Shown here: positions 17,085 through 26,891 of the stretch, in pieces
How positions within the stretch are numbered: position 1 is the stretch's first letter
Layout: each line of letters opens with the position of its first letter
From: a virus
Lineage: Duplodnaviria > Caudoviricetes
Reading direction: 5' to 3' (one strand)
IMG/VR virus record: IMGVR_UViG_3300018079_000013
Span: 1 to 55,879 of that record
Length of the DNA stretch: 55,879 bases
Position numbers and translations under genes: made by a program
The notes under the pieces: model-generated
Databases searched by the model: none
Told to the model about the DNA's origin: nothing
The model's input: the letters and a program-made list of their open reading frames with translations, nothing else

Positions 17085-18477
17085 TCCTGAACGCAAAAAG
17101 TTCATTTTCGGAAAGCTTGATTACAAGCCGCATTCTCGTGGGCAGCAGGAGATTCACGATTCGGACAAGCGATTTCGTACTCTTTGCTGTGGGCGTCGTT
17201 GGGGTAAGACGACGTTTGGTGCGAACGAGATGACGGCTGCTATCTGTGATCCTTCTCAAGAGGGATACTACTGGATCGTCGGCCCGAACTACGTTCAGGG
17301 TGAGAAAGAGTTTCGCATCGTTGTGAAGAATCTGACCAAGTTGAATTTGCGTAGCAAGGTCAAAATTCAGTACAACATCCCACAGGGACTAATGACAATT
17401 AGAATGCCATGGGATACTGTGCTGGAAGTAAAGTCGGCCGAACGCCAGGAATCATTGCTCGGGGAGGGTCTAAAGGGGGTAATTATGGCGGAGGCTGCAC
17501 GACATTCTCGTGATACATGGGAACAGTACGTGCGCCCTGCTTTGTCGGACAAAGGCGTTGATGGTGAAAGAGGATGGGCTATCTTTACATCGACGCCACG
17601 TGGATTTAACTGGTTCCAGGGATTGTGGTTGATGGGTCAGCTTAGATCGAAGCATCCAAACTATGAGTCTTGGCGACTGCCTAGTTGGGGCAATCCGATT
17701 ATTTATCCCGGTGGTCGAAATGATGCAGAAATCGAGGAAATCGAGGATGAAGTTTCTAAGCAGTTTTTCTCACAGGAGATTGCTGCCGAGTTTACATCGT
17801 TCGTTGGGGAAATTTACGACGAGTTTGATCCGTCCGTACACGTCATTCCGATAGAGTATAATCCTAACTGGCGCAACTTTTGGGCACTCGATTACGGTTG
17901 GACTAACGAATTCGTATGCTTGGATATCATGGTTGATCCTGACGACAACGTGTACGTATGGCGCGAGTACCATGAGAGTTACAAATCGACTTTCGATCAT
18001 GGGTTGATTCTGAAGCATCAACCAAATCCTCCAAATTTCCATGTCGATTCAATATTCGGTGATCCTCGTGGCCCTGATCAAGCGGCTACCTTCGCGATTC
18101 ATCATGGGCCTGTCTTTAGTATGGCTCCGAAAACCAATGATCAATTCTCAGAGTGGTTTATCGGAATTGAACAGGTTAAACGATGGATGAAGATACGTCC
18201 CGATGGTAAGCCGAAGCTCTATATCTCAGATGCGTGTCCTAACCTGATCCGTCAGATGTCACAGTTGCGTCCACCCGAGGGCAAGGAAGGTAAGAATGCA
18301 CCGGAAGGCCAGCACAAACATGATGATCATGGCCCCGATGCGCTTCGTTACTTCTTTACACAGTACTTCCTCATGGGCGCTGGCTCGTCCCTAAGCGACG
18401 TGTACGCTCCCTCGCAGATGCAAAGCGAGGCCGCCGGGTTTTTCCGTCAGCATTCTCCGTTTGTGAGACAACTATAA
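17077..18477 (+). CDS. terL: Terminase large subunit
   Basis: YKPH..Q, Walker A GRRWGKT, TSTPRG, nuclease LDYG and DDHGPDALRY. Confidence 0.95.
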   Translation: MIDPERKKFIFGKLDYKPHSRGQQEIHDSDKRFRTLCCGRRWGKTTFGANEMTAAICDPSQEGYYWIVGPNYVQGEKEFRIVVKNLTKLNLRSKVKIQYNIPQGLMTIRMPWDTVLEVKSAERQESLLGEGLKGVIMAEAARHSRDTWEQYVRPALSDKGVDGERGWAIFTSTPRGFNWFQGLWLMGQLRSKHPNYESWRLPSWGNPIIYPGGRNDAEIEEIEDEVSKQFFSQEIAAEFTSFVGEIYDEFDPSVHVIPIEYNPNWRNFWALDYGWTNEFVCLDIMVDPDDNVYVWREYHESYKSTFDHGLILKHQPNPPNFHVDSIFGDPRGPDQAATFAIHHGPVFSMAPKTNDQFSEWFIGIEQVKRWMKIRPDGKPKLYISDACPNLIRQMSQLRPPEGKEGKNAPEGQHKHDDHGPDALRYFFTQYFLMGAGSSLSDVYAPSQMQSEAAGFFRQHSPFVRQL

Positions 18478-19878
18478 ATGTCGATCCTTGATCGATTCAA
18501 AGTAACGCAACAAACTCCTGATCCTCGCCGTCGCGTTACGGGCACATCTTATAGCGCGAAGGGATCAATTCCTACTGATGGTTCGGCCTTGAAAGAGCAA
18601 GGCTCGTCTCGCGGTGGATTGATTCGAGACATCGTTCCCGAACTTGGGAACCGCACTCAGGCTACTCGCGTATATGAGCAGATGACCAACGGCGATGCAG
18701 CCGTTGATGTTTCACTTCGCGCTTCGAAGATGCCAATTCTCGGCGCTATGTACTTTGTGGAGCCTTTCGATGATACAGATGAAGCGCTCGATATTGCAGA
18801 GTTCGTTGAGTATAATCTATTGCAAGGTGCTGGCGCACCATTGCTCAATGTTCTTGAAGATATCCTTCGCATGTACGAATATGGATTCTCGGTTATTCAA
18901 AAAGTCTATGAGACTCGTGAGTGGGCACCGAAGCGAACGGGTGCGAACCGTCGTAACTATACGATGCTCAAGAAGCTAGCACCGCGTCCGACTCCGACAA
19001 TCAAGACGATCAACTACGATGACAATGGTGGCCCACTCTCGATAACGCAAAGTGCTCTGGACGCAAAGAACAAAGTTAAGGACGTTGATATCGAGATCAA
19101 GGACTTGATCATCTTTACAAACAATCGTAAGGGCGGCAACCTAGAAGGTAAGTCATTGCTTCGTACTTCGAGAACGCATTGGTACTTCAAATCGAATCTT
19201 TACAACATCGATGGAATTCAGAAAGAACGTCATGGCATGGGGTTCCCTGTGGTCGATCTTCCTCCTGGTTATACCGATCTAGATAAGGCAGCCGCTTACG
19301 AACTTGTTACGAACATTCGAACGAATGAACGTGGCGGAGCGGTTCTTCCACCAAACTGGATTCTCCGATTCCTAGATATTCCGGGTAATCCAGTCAATGT
19401 GATGGAGTCGGTCGAACATCACAACGGAATGATCATGCTGAACACCATGACGCAATTTCTTCTGCTTGGACTTGAAGGAACTGGTGGCGGTAGAGCAACG
19501 TCAGGATCACATCAGGACATGTTTACGAAGTCACTTCGTCATGTAGGCAATCTGATTTGTGATTCGATCAATCTGTACTGTGTGCCCTATCTTGTCGGTT
19601 ACAACTTCGATACCGATAAATTCCCGAAGCTTCAGGTGCGCAACATTGGTGAAACGAAGGACATGCAGCAATGGGCATCGGGAATCGCGAATCTCATAAC
19701 GGCCGACGCAATCACACCTGATATCGAAACTGAGAATTGGGTACGTTCGATCATCGATGCTCCTACGAAGAGGGGTGGCGTTCAAACGCCGTTGGAAAAG
19801 AAGACAAGCTCACAGAAGGGAACGGTAACAGAACGAGAGGGCAACACAGGAGCCGCTACCGATAGCGCGGAGGGCTAA
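18478..19878 (+). CDS. Portal protein (DUF935/Mu gp29-like)
   Basis: Follows terL; YGFSV..KVY, G.SLLR, ERHGMGFPV. Confidence 0.9.
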   Translation: MSILDRFKVTQQTPDPRRRVTGTSYSAKGSIPTDGSALKEQGSSRGGLIRDIVPELGNRTQATRVYEQMTNGDAAVDVSLRASKMPILGAMYFVEPFDDTDEALDIAEFVEYNLLQGAGAPLLNVLEDILRMYEYGFSVIQKVYETREWAPKRTGANRRNYTMLKKLAPRPTPTIKTINYDDNGGPLSITQSALDAKNKVKDVDIEIKDLIIFTNNRKGGNLEGKSLLRTSRTHWYFKSNLYNIDGIQKERHGMGFPVVDLPPGYTDLDKAAAYELVTNIRTNERGGAVLPPNWILRFLDIPGNPVNVMESVEHHNGMIMLNTMTQFLLLGLEGTGGGRATSGSHQDMFTKSLRHVGNLICDSINLYCVPYLVGYNFDTDKFPKLQVRNIGETKDMQQWASGIANLITADAITPDIETENWVRSIIDAPTKRGGVQTPLEKKTSSQKGTVTEREGNTGAATDSAEG

Positions 19879-21519
19879 ATGCGCGACTATTCACACATCA
19901 TTACCGGAATGACATCCTCACCGTGGATGATTACGGAACCCGCGATGAAGATGATTTGTGAGATTGTTGAATCTCATATCACAGGGAAACTGTCTCAAGA
20001 AGACATTCGTATTCGTTACCAGGAGGCTCGTCAGGAGCGCAACGGCCGTGCAACGAATCATCAAAACGTTCGTGGTGTCGGTGTACTTCAAATCGCCGGG
20101 CCAATCTTCCCCAAAGCGAATTTGATGACTGAAATGAGTGGTGCTACATCTGTGGAGCAGTTTCGCCAGGACTTCCGTGCAATGATGGCGGACAAGTCAG
20201 TTGATGCGATTCTACTCGATATCGATAGTCCTGGTGGTCATTCTGCTCAGATTGCAGAAATGGCCGCAGAGATTCGTGCTGCTCGTGACGTTAAACCAAT
20301 TTGGTCTATCGCAAATACGACGGCTACATCAGCGGCATACTATCTTGCTTCCGCAGCAGATAAGGTGTTTGCATCGCCATCGGCACTAGTAGCGAACGTT
20401 GGCACTATCATGGTGTATCGCGATGATAGTAAAAAACAGGAAATGTTTGGAATCGTAGAAACACCAATCGCATCTAGCGACTTGAAGAAGGTTGGTTACG
20501 GCCCGCTCGATGACGAAAAGTACAACTATCTTCAGGGAATCGTAGACGATATCAACGCTGACTTCATTTCAGGAGTTGCTCTTGGACGAGGAATGAGTGA
20601 AGAGGAGGTTCATACAAATCTTGGAGACGCGGCCGTTCTAACTCCACGTCAGGCAATGGAAAAAGGCGCTATCGATGGTATTGCTACCTTCGATGAAGTC
20701 GTGAGCGAAATGGTTACACCTACGGGCCAGTTTGCTCTATCGAACACGAACTACCCACGGCAGGAGGATGGGCTTGACAAAGCGCATGGAGAACCTGGCC
20801 CGACGGGTGAACCTATTCCTCGTGATCCACCGGAAAAAGATGACAAAGCAATCAAGGGAGGTTGGAGGCGTGACACACCGCCACCGCAGCCGGAACAGAC
20901 TACAAAGGAAGGGAGTGCAATGAGTAGGGAACAGTTGGAAACTCTCGCTACCGCACTCGGTGTGGAGTTCGATGGCGAGCTAAGTGATGCAGACCTTTCT
21001 ACAAAGGTTCTAGAAGCATCGCAGGAGGCACTGTCGCCAATTCTCGAAGTCACACAGGATGCACGAGACTTTGCGAAGGACTACCCCGACAAGGCTCGCG
21101 AGCTTGCCGAGCTTAAGCAGTCAGACCGTGAAAGTGCTGCAAATCGTTTTGCGGCTAAGTTCAATCGTTTCGAATCCGACGAGGATTTGCTCAAGGGGCG
21201 TGGTTACTCATCTCTTATGGTGAGTAAGATCGAAGAGGCTCATATCAAGATCGCAGCGCGCACGTTCACGCATGAGAATCTTGGAGAACTACTCAGCACT
21301 GCCGCGAAGTCGGTAGTGAACTACAAGGAAGATGGTTCGTCTCGTGATAAGGAGCGAACGCCAATTAGTGCGAACGCTACCGTTCGTGAAGTTCGTACTC
21401 AGATGGCGGCGCTTGTTAAGGAAATCATGGAGCAGGACGGTTTGGATCGCAAAGCTGCAATGGCGGAGGCCGGCAAGCGTGAGCCGGAACTTGCCGAAGC
21501 ATATCTCAGCAAGAGGTAG
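19879..21519 (+). CDS. S49-family capsid maturation protease fused to scaffold
   Basis: LDIDSPGG, ATSAAYYLASAAD; Pro-rich linker then helical C-terminus. Confidence 0.9.
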   Translation: MRDYSHIITGMTSSPWMITEPAMKMICEIVESHITGKLSQEDIRIRYQEARQERNGRATNHQNVRGVGVLQIAGPIFPKANLMTEMSGATSVEQFRQDFRAMMADKSVDAILLDIDSPGGHSAQIAEMAAEIRAARDVKPIWSIANTTATSAAYYLASAADKVFASPSALVANVGTIMVYRDDSKKQEMFGIVETPIASSDLKKVGYGPLDDEKYNYLQGIVDDINADFISGVALGRGMSEEEVHTNLGDAAVLTPRQAMEKGAIDGIATFDEVVSEMVTPTGQFALSNTNYPRQEDGLDKAHGEPGPTGEPIPRDPPEKDDKAIKGGWRRDTPPPQPEQTTKEGSAMSREQLETLATALGVEFDGELSDADLSTKVLEASQEALSPILEVTQDARDFAKDYPDKARELAELKQSDRESAANRFAAKFNRFESDEDLLKGRGYSSLMVSKIEEAHIKIAARTFTHENLGELLSTAAKSVVNYKEDGSSRDKERTPISANATVREVRTQMAALVKEIMEQDGLDRKAAMAEAGKREPELAEAYLSKR

Positions 21520-21532
21520 GAAGGAGGAATAA

Positions 21533-21925
21533 ATGCCTAGTGCTACCAGTAATCAGGTTCTAAGTAAGGGTTTTATCGCGGCTGTCGCACTCACGAAGGG
21601 TCGTGCAGTTAAGTACAGTGGAAACCCCGAAGAGGTTACACCCGTTACGGCTGCAACAGATAAGGTTGCAGGAATTACCGTATTCGATGTTTCAGCGGCA
21701 GAGATCACAAAGGGCAAGGGTGCATCTCTTGTGATGGAGGGTCATGCCGTAATGGAAGCTGCTGCTGCAATTAACGAGGGTGATTTGATTGCACCTTCTA
21801 CGACCGGAACGGGTCAGGTTGCTGTTGCTACCAACCGCGTCATCGGTATTGCGATGGAAGCTGCTTCGGGTGCTGGCAAATATTTCAAGGTTCAGCTTGA
21901 CCTACCTGGTTCGATTCTCGTTTAA
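21533..21925 (+). CDS. Capsid decoration/cement protein (DUF2190-like)
   Basis: Position before MCP; AAI.EGD.I, IGIAMEAASGAG. Confidence 0.8.
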   Translation: MPSATSNQVLSKGFIAAVALTKGRAVKYSGNPEEVTPVTAATDKVAGITVFDVSAAEITKGKGASLVMEGHAVMEAAAAINEGDLIAPSTTGTGQVAVATNRVIGIAMEAASGAGKYFKVQLDLPGSILV

Positions 21926-21943
21926 GAAAGGAGGAATACTTAG

Positions 21944-22951
21944 ATGCCGATGTACGATCCGAGCCTGCTTTACACCGATCCAATTCTTACAGAATTCTCG
22001 GTGGGATATCAGCCGCAAGACCTAGTGGCCTTGAGGTTGTTGCCTGAAGTACCCGTCGATACACCGTCGGGACGATATCGCGTGTGGGATCGATCGAGTC
22101 GCGTGTACTTCCTTTCACGTCGTGAGCCTGGTACTGTGGCGAACGAAGTTCGTGGTGGGAAGTGGGCCGAGGATACGTTCAAAACTGTGCAGCATGCACT
22201 TCAGGGTGCAGTTGCGGATGAGGAAACTCGTGAACTTACTTCACAGGGCGGATACGCCGATGCAACATTCGGCGGAGTCTTCGGACTTGATCCGCATGAG
22301 AAGGCTGCCGCACTCGTTTTCGATAGTCTTGCACTCGAACACGAGCTAGCCTCTTCGGTGTTGCTTCGCAATACTGCATCGTATCCGGCTGGTCATAGCA
22401 TAACGCTTGTTACGGCAGACCAGTGGGATAACTATGCAGGAGCTACGTCTAATCCGATCGATGTTATTCGAGCCGCGATGATCAAGATTAACTCGAAGAT
22501 CGGAACGCCGCCGAATAGAATTGCAATGGGGCGTCTTGGTCAGACGTGGCTTGAAAACCATCCTGACGTTGTTGCTCGATTCACGAACTTCACACTTGCT
22601 GATCCTGGCGCGTTCCGAACGCTAACAGGATTCGAAGGTGAGTTTATTCTGATCGGTGACGACAACTACAATACGAACGATATCCTCGAAGCGACTGAAA
22701 CTCTTGTCTCGGTATGGGGTAAGGATGTCATTCTCGCATACGTGAAGGAGGATCTTACTACGGACGATCTTTCGTTCGGTAAGACGTTCGCACAGCTTTA
22801 TCCTGACGGCTCGACTCGCCCGACGGATAGATGGCGCGAAGATGGTCGTATGTCTGACATGGTTCGTACACACTGGAAATGGGACATCAAACTAACGTCC
22901 TCGATTGCTGGATACTTGATCAAGGACGCATTCTCGGCAACTGCCTGGTAA
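21944..22951 (+). CDS. Major capsid protein
   Basis: DP.LT..S.GY, W......S.PI..I, VWGKD, SFG.T, GYLIKDA; strong RBS. Confidence 0.9.
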   Translation: MPMYDPSLLYTDPILTEFSVGYQPQDLVALRLLPEVPVDTPSGRYRVWDRSSRVYFLSRREPGTVANEVRGGKWAEDTFKTVQHALQGAVADEETRELTSQGGYADATFGGVFGLDPHEKAAALVFDSLALEHELASSVLLRNTASYPAGHSITLVTADQWDNYAGATSNPIDVIRAAMIKINSKIGTPPNRIAMGRLGQTWLENHPDVVARFTNFTLADPGAFRTLTGFEGEFILIGDDNYNTNDILEATETLVSVWGKDVILAYVKEDLTTDDLSFGKTFAQLYPDGSTRPTDRWREDGRMSDMVRTHWKWDIKLTSSIAGYLIKDAFSATAW

Positions 22952-22966
22952 TAGGAGAGAATTGCT

Positions 22967-23335
22967 ATGGCTAAAGTGTACTACGCATGGAGTGATATCT
23001 ATAACGGTGGTAAAGTGCGGGAAGTTCGTCCCGGTCGTAATGTTGTAGTTGACCGTAATTGGGCAGAACGTGGTTCCAAGGTCACACAGAAAGGACTAGG
23101 ACTTTCAAACGAGGAATGGGATAACCTGGTCGAAAACGGGTCGATTCGTGACTATTCTGTTCCAAAGGGAATTAGAGACGATGAATCTCCTCACTCGTTT
23201 GTGCTTCGTGAGCTATCTGAAGGTGGAGAACTTCCGGCTGATCTCTTGCTGAAGATGTCCGCCCAAGGTTCCGCAGTAGGAGCACAACCACTGCCGGAAG
23301 AAAATGAGGAAGCCTCAGAACTAGCTGAGGCATGA
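22967..23335 (+). CDS. Hypothetical head-associated protein
   Basis: Synteny after MCP. Confidence 0.55.
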   Translation: MAKVYYAWSDIYNGGKVREVRPGRNVVVDRNWAERGSKVTQKGLGLSNEEWDNLVENGSIRDYSVPKGIRDDESPHSFVLRELSEGGELPADLLLKMSAQGSAVGAQPLPEENEEASELAEA

Positions 23336-23336
23336 C

Positions 23337-23774
23337 ATGCCGTTTGTCGATGATGCAGATATTCAGATTCATCTGCCAGTCGATAAACTCGATGTAGCGG
23401 AAATCCCTGACGATCTAGCTAACGCAAAACAAGACGTAGAGCGGATCGTCAGGGGCTACCTCGCGGGGCATTTTGAGGCAGCTACGCTAGCAGCGTGGAC
23501 TAGCCCTGCGCAAACACCCTCGCAGATTCGCGCTATTGGTGGACGATTTGGCGCAGCCAAAATCTACCGAAATCGATACTCCGAAGATTCACTTGACGAT
23601 CCTGAGTTCGCGCAGTTTCTCTACAACGAAGCGATGATGATGCTCAATAAGGTAATCAACGGCCAGATCATTCTGGATGGTGTAATAGACACAGGTTCTC
23701 AGTTCGACAACACATACTTTAATCCGAACGATACCACAGATGATCCTAAGTTTGCGATGGATGCGGTGTTCTAA
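23337..23774 (+). CDS. Head-to-tail adaptor (Mu gp36/DUF1320-like)
   Basis: GYL...F, TP..I, Y.EA...L..V..G.I.L. Confidence 0.7.
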   Translation: MPFVDDADIQIHLPVDKLDVAEIPDDLANAKQDVERIVRGYLAGHFEAATLAAWTSPAQTPSQIRAIGGRFGAAKIYRNRYSEDSLDDPEFAQFLYNEAMMMLNKVINGQIILDGVIDTGSQFDNTYFNPNDTTDDPKFAMDAVF

Positions 23775-24370
23775 TGCCAGGTTCTCGCCGTCTAAGCTCT
23801 GCCGCACTCGTTGAATTCGAGTGGGTTCCCGATCCTGTGGTGTTTCAGCAAAAAATCTTTGCTGTCGCAGAAGCACTTGAAGATAGAACTGTGCCGATTC
23901 TGTACGCGCGCCAGAAAGTACAAGCAGACATTCGAGAGCGTTTCCAAACTGAAACGGCTCCCGATGGTACTCCGTGGGATGAATGGGCAGAGTCCTATGA
24001 GCCATTCGCCGAAGCATTTCCTAATGAGGGAATTCTCCGGCAGACGGATGAACTTTACGAAATGGCGACTGCATCGAGTGCGTTCATCGTTTCGAATGAT
24101 ACACTCTTCTATGATTCGGGTCATATGCCTGAACGGGGGATTTGGCATCAAGAAGGTCGGCCTGCTCGTGCAACGGCGGCAGGTAAGCATAATCCTCTTC
24201 CGGCTCGTCCGTTCCTTGGTCTATCTGACGATGCTGAAATCGCGATTTATGCTTTCTTTCAGGACTGGTTCGATCGTGCACTCGACTTGTACGTTACGAC
24301 ACGCGGTCGCATAGGTGGTCGTCATGCACGTAGAAGCGAAGTCAGTGGACAGTTCATTCCTAATTTCTAA
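23774..24370 (+). CDS. Virion morphogenesis / tail completion protein (Mu gpG-like)
   Basis: RFQTETAPDGTPW, ILRQT, HQEG, LPARPFLGLS. Confidence 0.85.
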   Translation: MPGSRRLSSAALVEFEWVPDPVVFQQKIFAVAEALEDRTVPILYARQKVQADIRERFQTETAPDGTPWDEWAESYEPFAEAFPNEGILRQTDELYEMATASSAFIVSNDTLFYDSGHMPERGIWHQEGRPARATAAGKHNPLPARPFLGLSDDAEIAIYAFFQDWFDRALDLYVTTRGRIGGRHARRSEVSGQFIPNF

Positions 24371-24831
24371 TGGCAGTTCAAGATTATAAAGACTCACTGG
24401 AAATCTTCGATTATCTTTACAAACTCATCGACGATAACAAAGGAACCCTAGGAGTAAAGTATGTTGCACAGCTTGACGAGGAATTGCTACCGCAGTATCC
24501 CGCAGTCCTTATCACACTGGAAGGGCCGACTCAACGTGAGCAACATGCGACTCGTATGTTCAGAGTCGAATGGCATTGTGATCTGTGGGTCTTTCATGCC
24601 GAACTTACAGTCGGTAAAGCTATCCGTAGTCGTCAAGATGTGGAGTTGGCAACGCGTGTCAGAAAACTTGTACACACTAAGTTCACATTCGATGATCATA
24701 TCATCTTTGGATTCATCGATGGTGAGTTTCCGGGTCGTGCCCTACGAAGAATCGGTGCTAAACAAACAACCATCGTGGCAACGAGATTGACATGGATGGG
24801 AGAAAACCGTGTTCTATACCAGGATAGCTAG
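24370..24831 (+). CDS. Tail terminator-like protein
   Basis: Synteny; YPAVLI motif. Confidence 0.6.
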   Translation: MAVQDYKDSLEIFDYLYKLIDDNKGTLGVKYVAQLDEELLPQYPAVLITLEGPTQREQHATRMFRVEWHCDLWVFHAELTVGKAIRSRQDVELATRVRKLVHTKFTFDDHIIFGFIDGEFPGRALRRIGAKQTTIVATRLTWMGENRVLYQDS

Positions 24832-24840
24832 GAGGCAATC

Positions 24841-25074
24841 GTGGGATACAAACTTTCCATGAACCACCCGGACTATCCGAAAGGAACCGAGTTTGATGTT
24901 GGCGGTCTTCTCGTTCCTAACGGTGGTTCGGTCAGTGTAGACGAAGAAACGGAGCAGGCACTTGTTTCTCGTCATGGTGCTCCTGTGAAGGAAGCCCTTG
25001 GTGCAAATCCGCATCTGAAAGTAGAGGGCACTACTGAACTTTCAAAGTCGAAGACGGAAGGGGGTGAGGTCTAA
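24841..25074 (+). CDS. Small hypothetical virion-region protein
   Basis: AGGAGG RBS. Confidence 0.6.
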   Translation: MGYKLSMNHPDYPKGTEFDVGGLLVPNGGSVSVDEETEQALVSRHGAPVKEALGANPHLKVEGTTELSKSKTEGGEV

Positions 25075-26061
25075 ATGCCAGCGGGTCTTGGTGGCGGCGG
25101 TTCTGTTGGAGTTGCTTTCGAAACGGTGATGGGTACGTATGTTGCTCCGACCGTGTTCGTGCCCGTACTGAATGAGGGCTTGAAATACACGGAGGCGAAA
25201 TACTACTCCGAGCAGATTCGTCAGGAGAGTATCGTTAGTGATGTGAAGTCTGGCTATTACCATGCTGAAGGTGATGTTCAGCTTGAAGTCGATCCGAACA
25301 ATATCGTGTACTTCCTGTATGCGTCTAGACACATCATTGCTAAAACAGGTGCAGGCCCATTCACATATACATTCACGCCTGGCAATCAAGCGTCAGCCGC
25401 TACGGGCGCAGGCCCTACTACTGCAAAGACACTCTCAATCACCGTCGTTCGAAACGAAATAGTTTTCGGGTATGCTGGTTGTACTGTCGGTGGTTGGGAA
25501 TTCATGGTCGAGGACGGTGTACTAAAGTGTACGATGAACGTGCTTGGGCTTTCTGAAGCAGTACAGGCCAATCCTACGGAAACGTGGCTTGCCCCCGAAC
25601 TCTATGGTGCCGATGCTCACTTGGTCGCTCTCGGTGCGGCCGCGGCGGTTCCAACATTCGCTGCGGATGTCAACTTCAACGGATTCACCTTCCGTGCAAA
25701 CTACAACGCCGAGGCACAGAATCGTCTTGTGCAAGCTCGTTCTGCGAGCTACATTAGTTATGGGATTACCGATGCTGAGATCGAATCGGAACTCGATTTC
25801 CTTACGAGGGCCGATTACGACAACATGGTTGCTAACACTACTCGTGCAATCAGGCTATCTTCGCTTAATGGTGGTGCGACTCTTGCAGCGGCAACTAGTG
25901 GTATTGAGCTTCAAGGTAACCGTGTATCTTACGATGCCTATGACATTGGCCTCGAAGGTATGCCCGATTTGATCATGGCCGGATTTACCGGCAAGTGTGT
26001 AGGTATTGCAGGTGGCAAGGCGTATCAGATCAATCTCAAGAGTGCAGTCAGCATTACGTAA
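25075..26061 (+). CDS. Major tail tube protein
   Basis: G.AFET..GTY.AP, FTYTFTP, Y.GC.V; position before chaperone. Confidence 0.85.
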   Translation: MPAGLGGGGSVGVAFETVMGTYVAPTVFVPVLNEGLKYTEAKYYSEQIRQESIVSDVKSGYYHAEGDVQLEVDPNNIVYFLYASRHIIAKTGAGPFTYTFTPGNQASAATGAGPTTAKTLSITVVRNEIVFGYAGCTVGGWEFMVEDGVLKCTMNVLGLSEAVQANPTETWLAPELYGADAHLVALGAAAAVPTFAADVNFNGFTFRANYNAEAQNRLVQARSASYISYGITDAEIESELDFLTRADYDNMVANTTRAIRLSSLNGGATLAAATSGIELQGNRVSYDAYDIGLEGMPDLIMAGFTGKCVGIAGGKAYQINLKSAVSIT

Positions 26062-26195
26062 TGCCCGTTCGTAGAACTAAAGGTGGTGGTTACAAGTTTG
26101 GCACGAAAGGTAAGACGTACAAAGGAAAGGGGGCTAAGGCAAAAGCTGCAAAGCAAGGGCGTGCAATTAAGGCATCAAGGAGAGGAAAGAAGTAA
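26061..26195 (+). CDS. 44-aa highly basic peptide
   Basis: MPVRRTKGGGYKFGTKGKTY...KQGRAIKAS; TAATG coupling at both ends. Confidence 0.65.
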   Translation: MPVRRTKGGGYKFGTKGKTYKGKGAKAKAAKQGRAIKASRRGKK

Positions 26196-26683
26196 TGCCG
26201 AAAGCAACTGTAAGCACTGAACACGAAAAGTTCGATCTTCGAACCTGCCCTGGCGGGTTCGTTGTTCTACGCCAGCTATCATACTCGGAAATGATGCATC
26301 GCCGGGATATCGCAGGTAGGCTCTACTATGAGCAGAAGGCGCCTGCGAGAAATCGTGCGGAACGGCGTGCACGGCAGAAGGATGGAGCGGACGAAACTCG
26401 TCGTGCTGAACTAGAAGTATTGAATGTGAAGCTGATGGAGTGGGAATTTGCCAAGTGCATCGTTTCTCACAATCTTGAAGACGATAATGGCAATCCTCTC
26501 GATTTCACTAATTCCATGTCATACGATGTTCTCGATCCGAAGATTGGTGCGGAGATCAACGAGTACATCGATGACATGAACCAGGAAGATGAGGAGTCCG
26601 TAGTCCCTTTGGCGAAATCGCCTACCTCATCCTCGCCGGATGGAACGACAAGGCCGAGTCCGATTATGGACGAAGCGCTGTAG
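26195..26683 (+). CDS. Tail assembly chaperone (short form)
   Basis: Between tail tube and tape measure; slippery site near the 3' end. Confidence 0.8.
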   Translation: MPKATVSTEHEKFDLRTCPGGFVVLRQLSYSEMMHRRDIAGRLYYEQKAPARNRAERRARQKDGADETRRAELEVLNVKLMEWEFAKCIVSHNLEDDNGNPLDFTNSMSYDVLDPKIGAEINEYIDDMNQEDEESVVPLAKSPTSSSPDGTTRPSPIMDEAL

Positions 26684-26883
26684 ATGAAGCTGTAAAGTGG
26701 CTTCGCTATGGCGCAATATGTAAAGCACTCCACGTCCTCCCAAGGGGAGGGGGAGTGCTAGATCAGCCGTCCGGAGAAATGCTAAGGCTCGAAAGAGTCC
26801 TAGATGCGTTTGCTCAATACGAAGAACTTCAGAACGAAAAAGCACGTGTTCGTGCCCTCAATCGCGATCGACACAAAAGGTAG
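26195..26883 (+). CDS. Tail assembly chaperone, -1 frameshift form
   Basis: C CCT TTG at 26605-26611; the -1 frame is open to TAG 26883 and encodes LPRGGGVLDQP. Confidence 0.75.
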
Positions 26884-26891
26884 TTAGAGCT

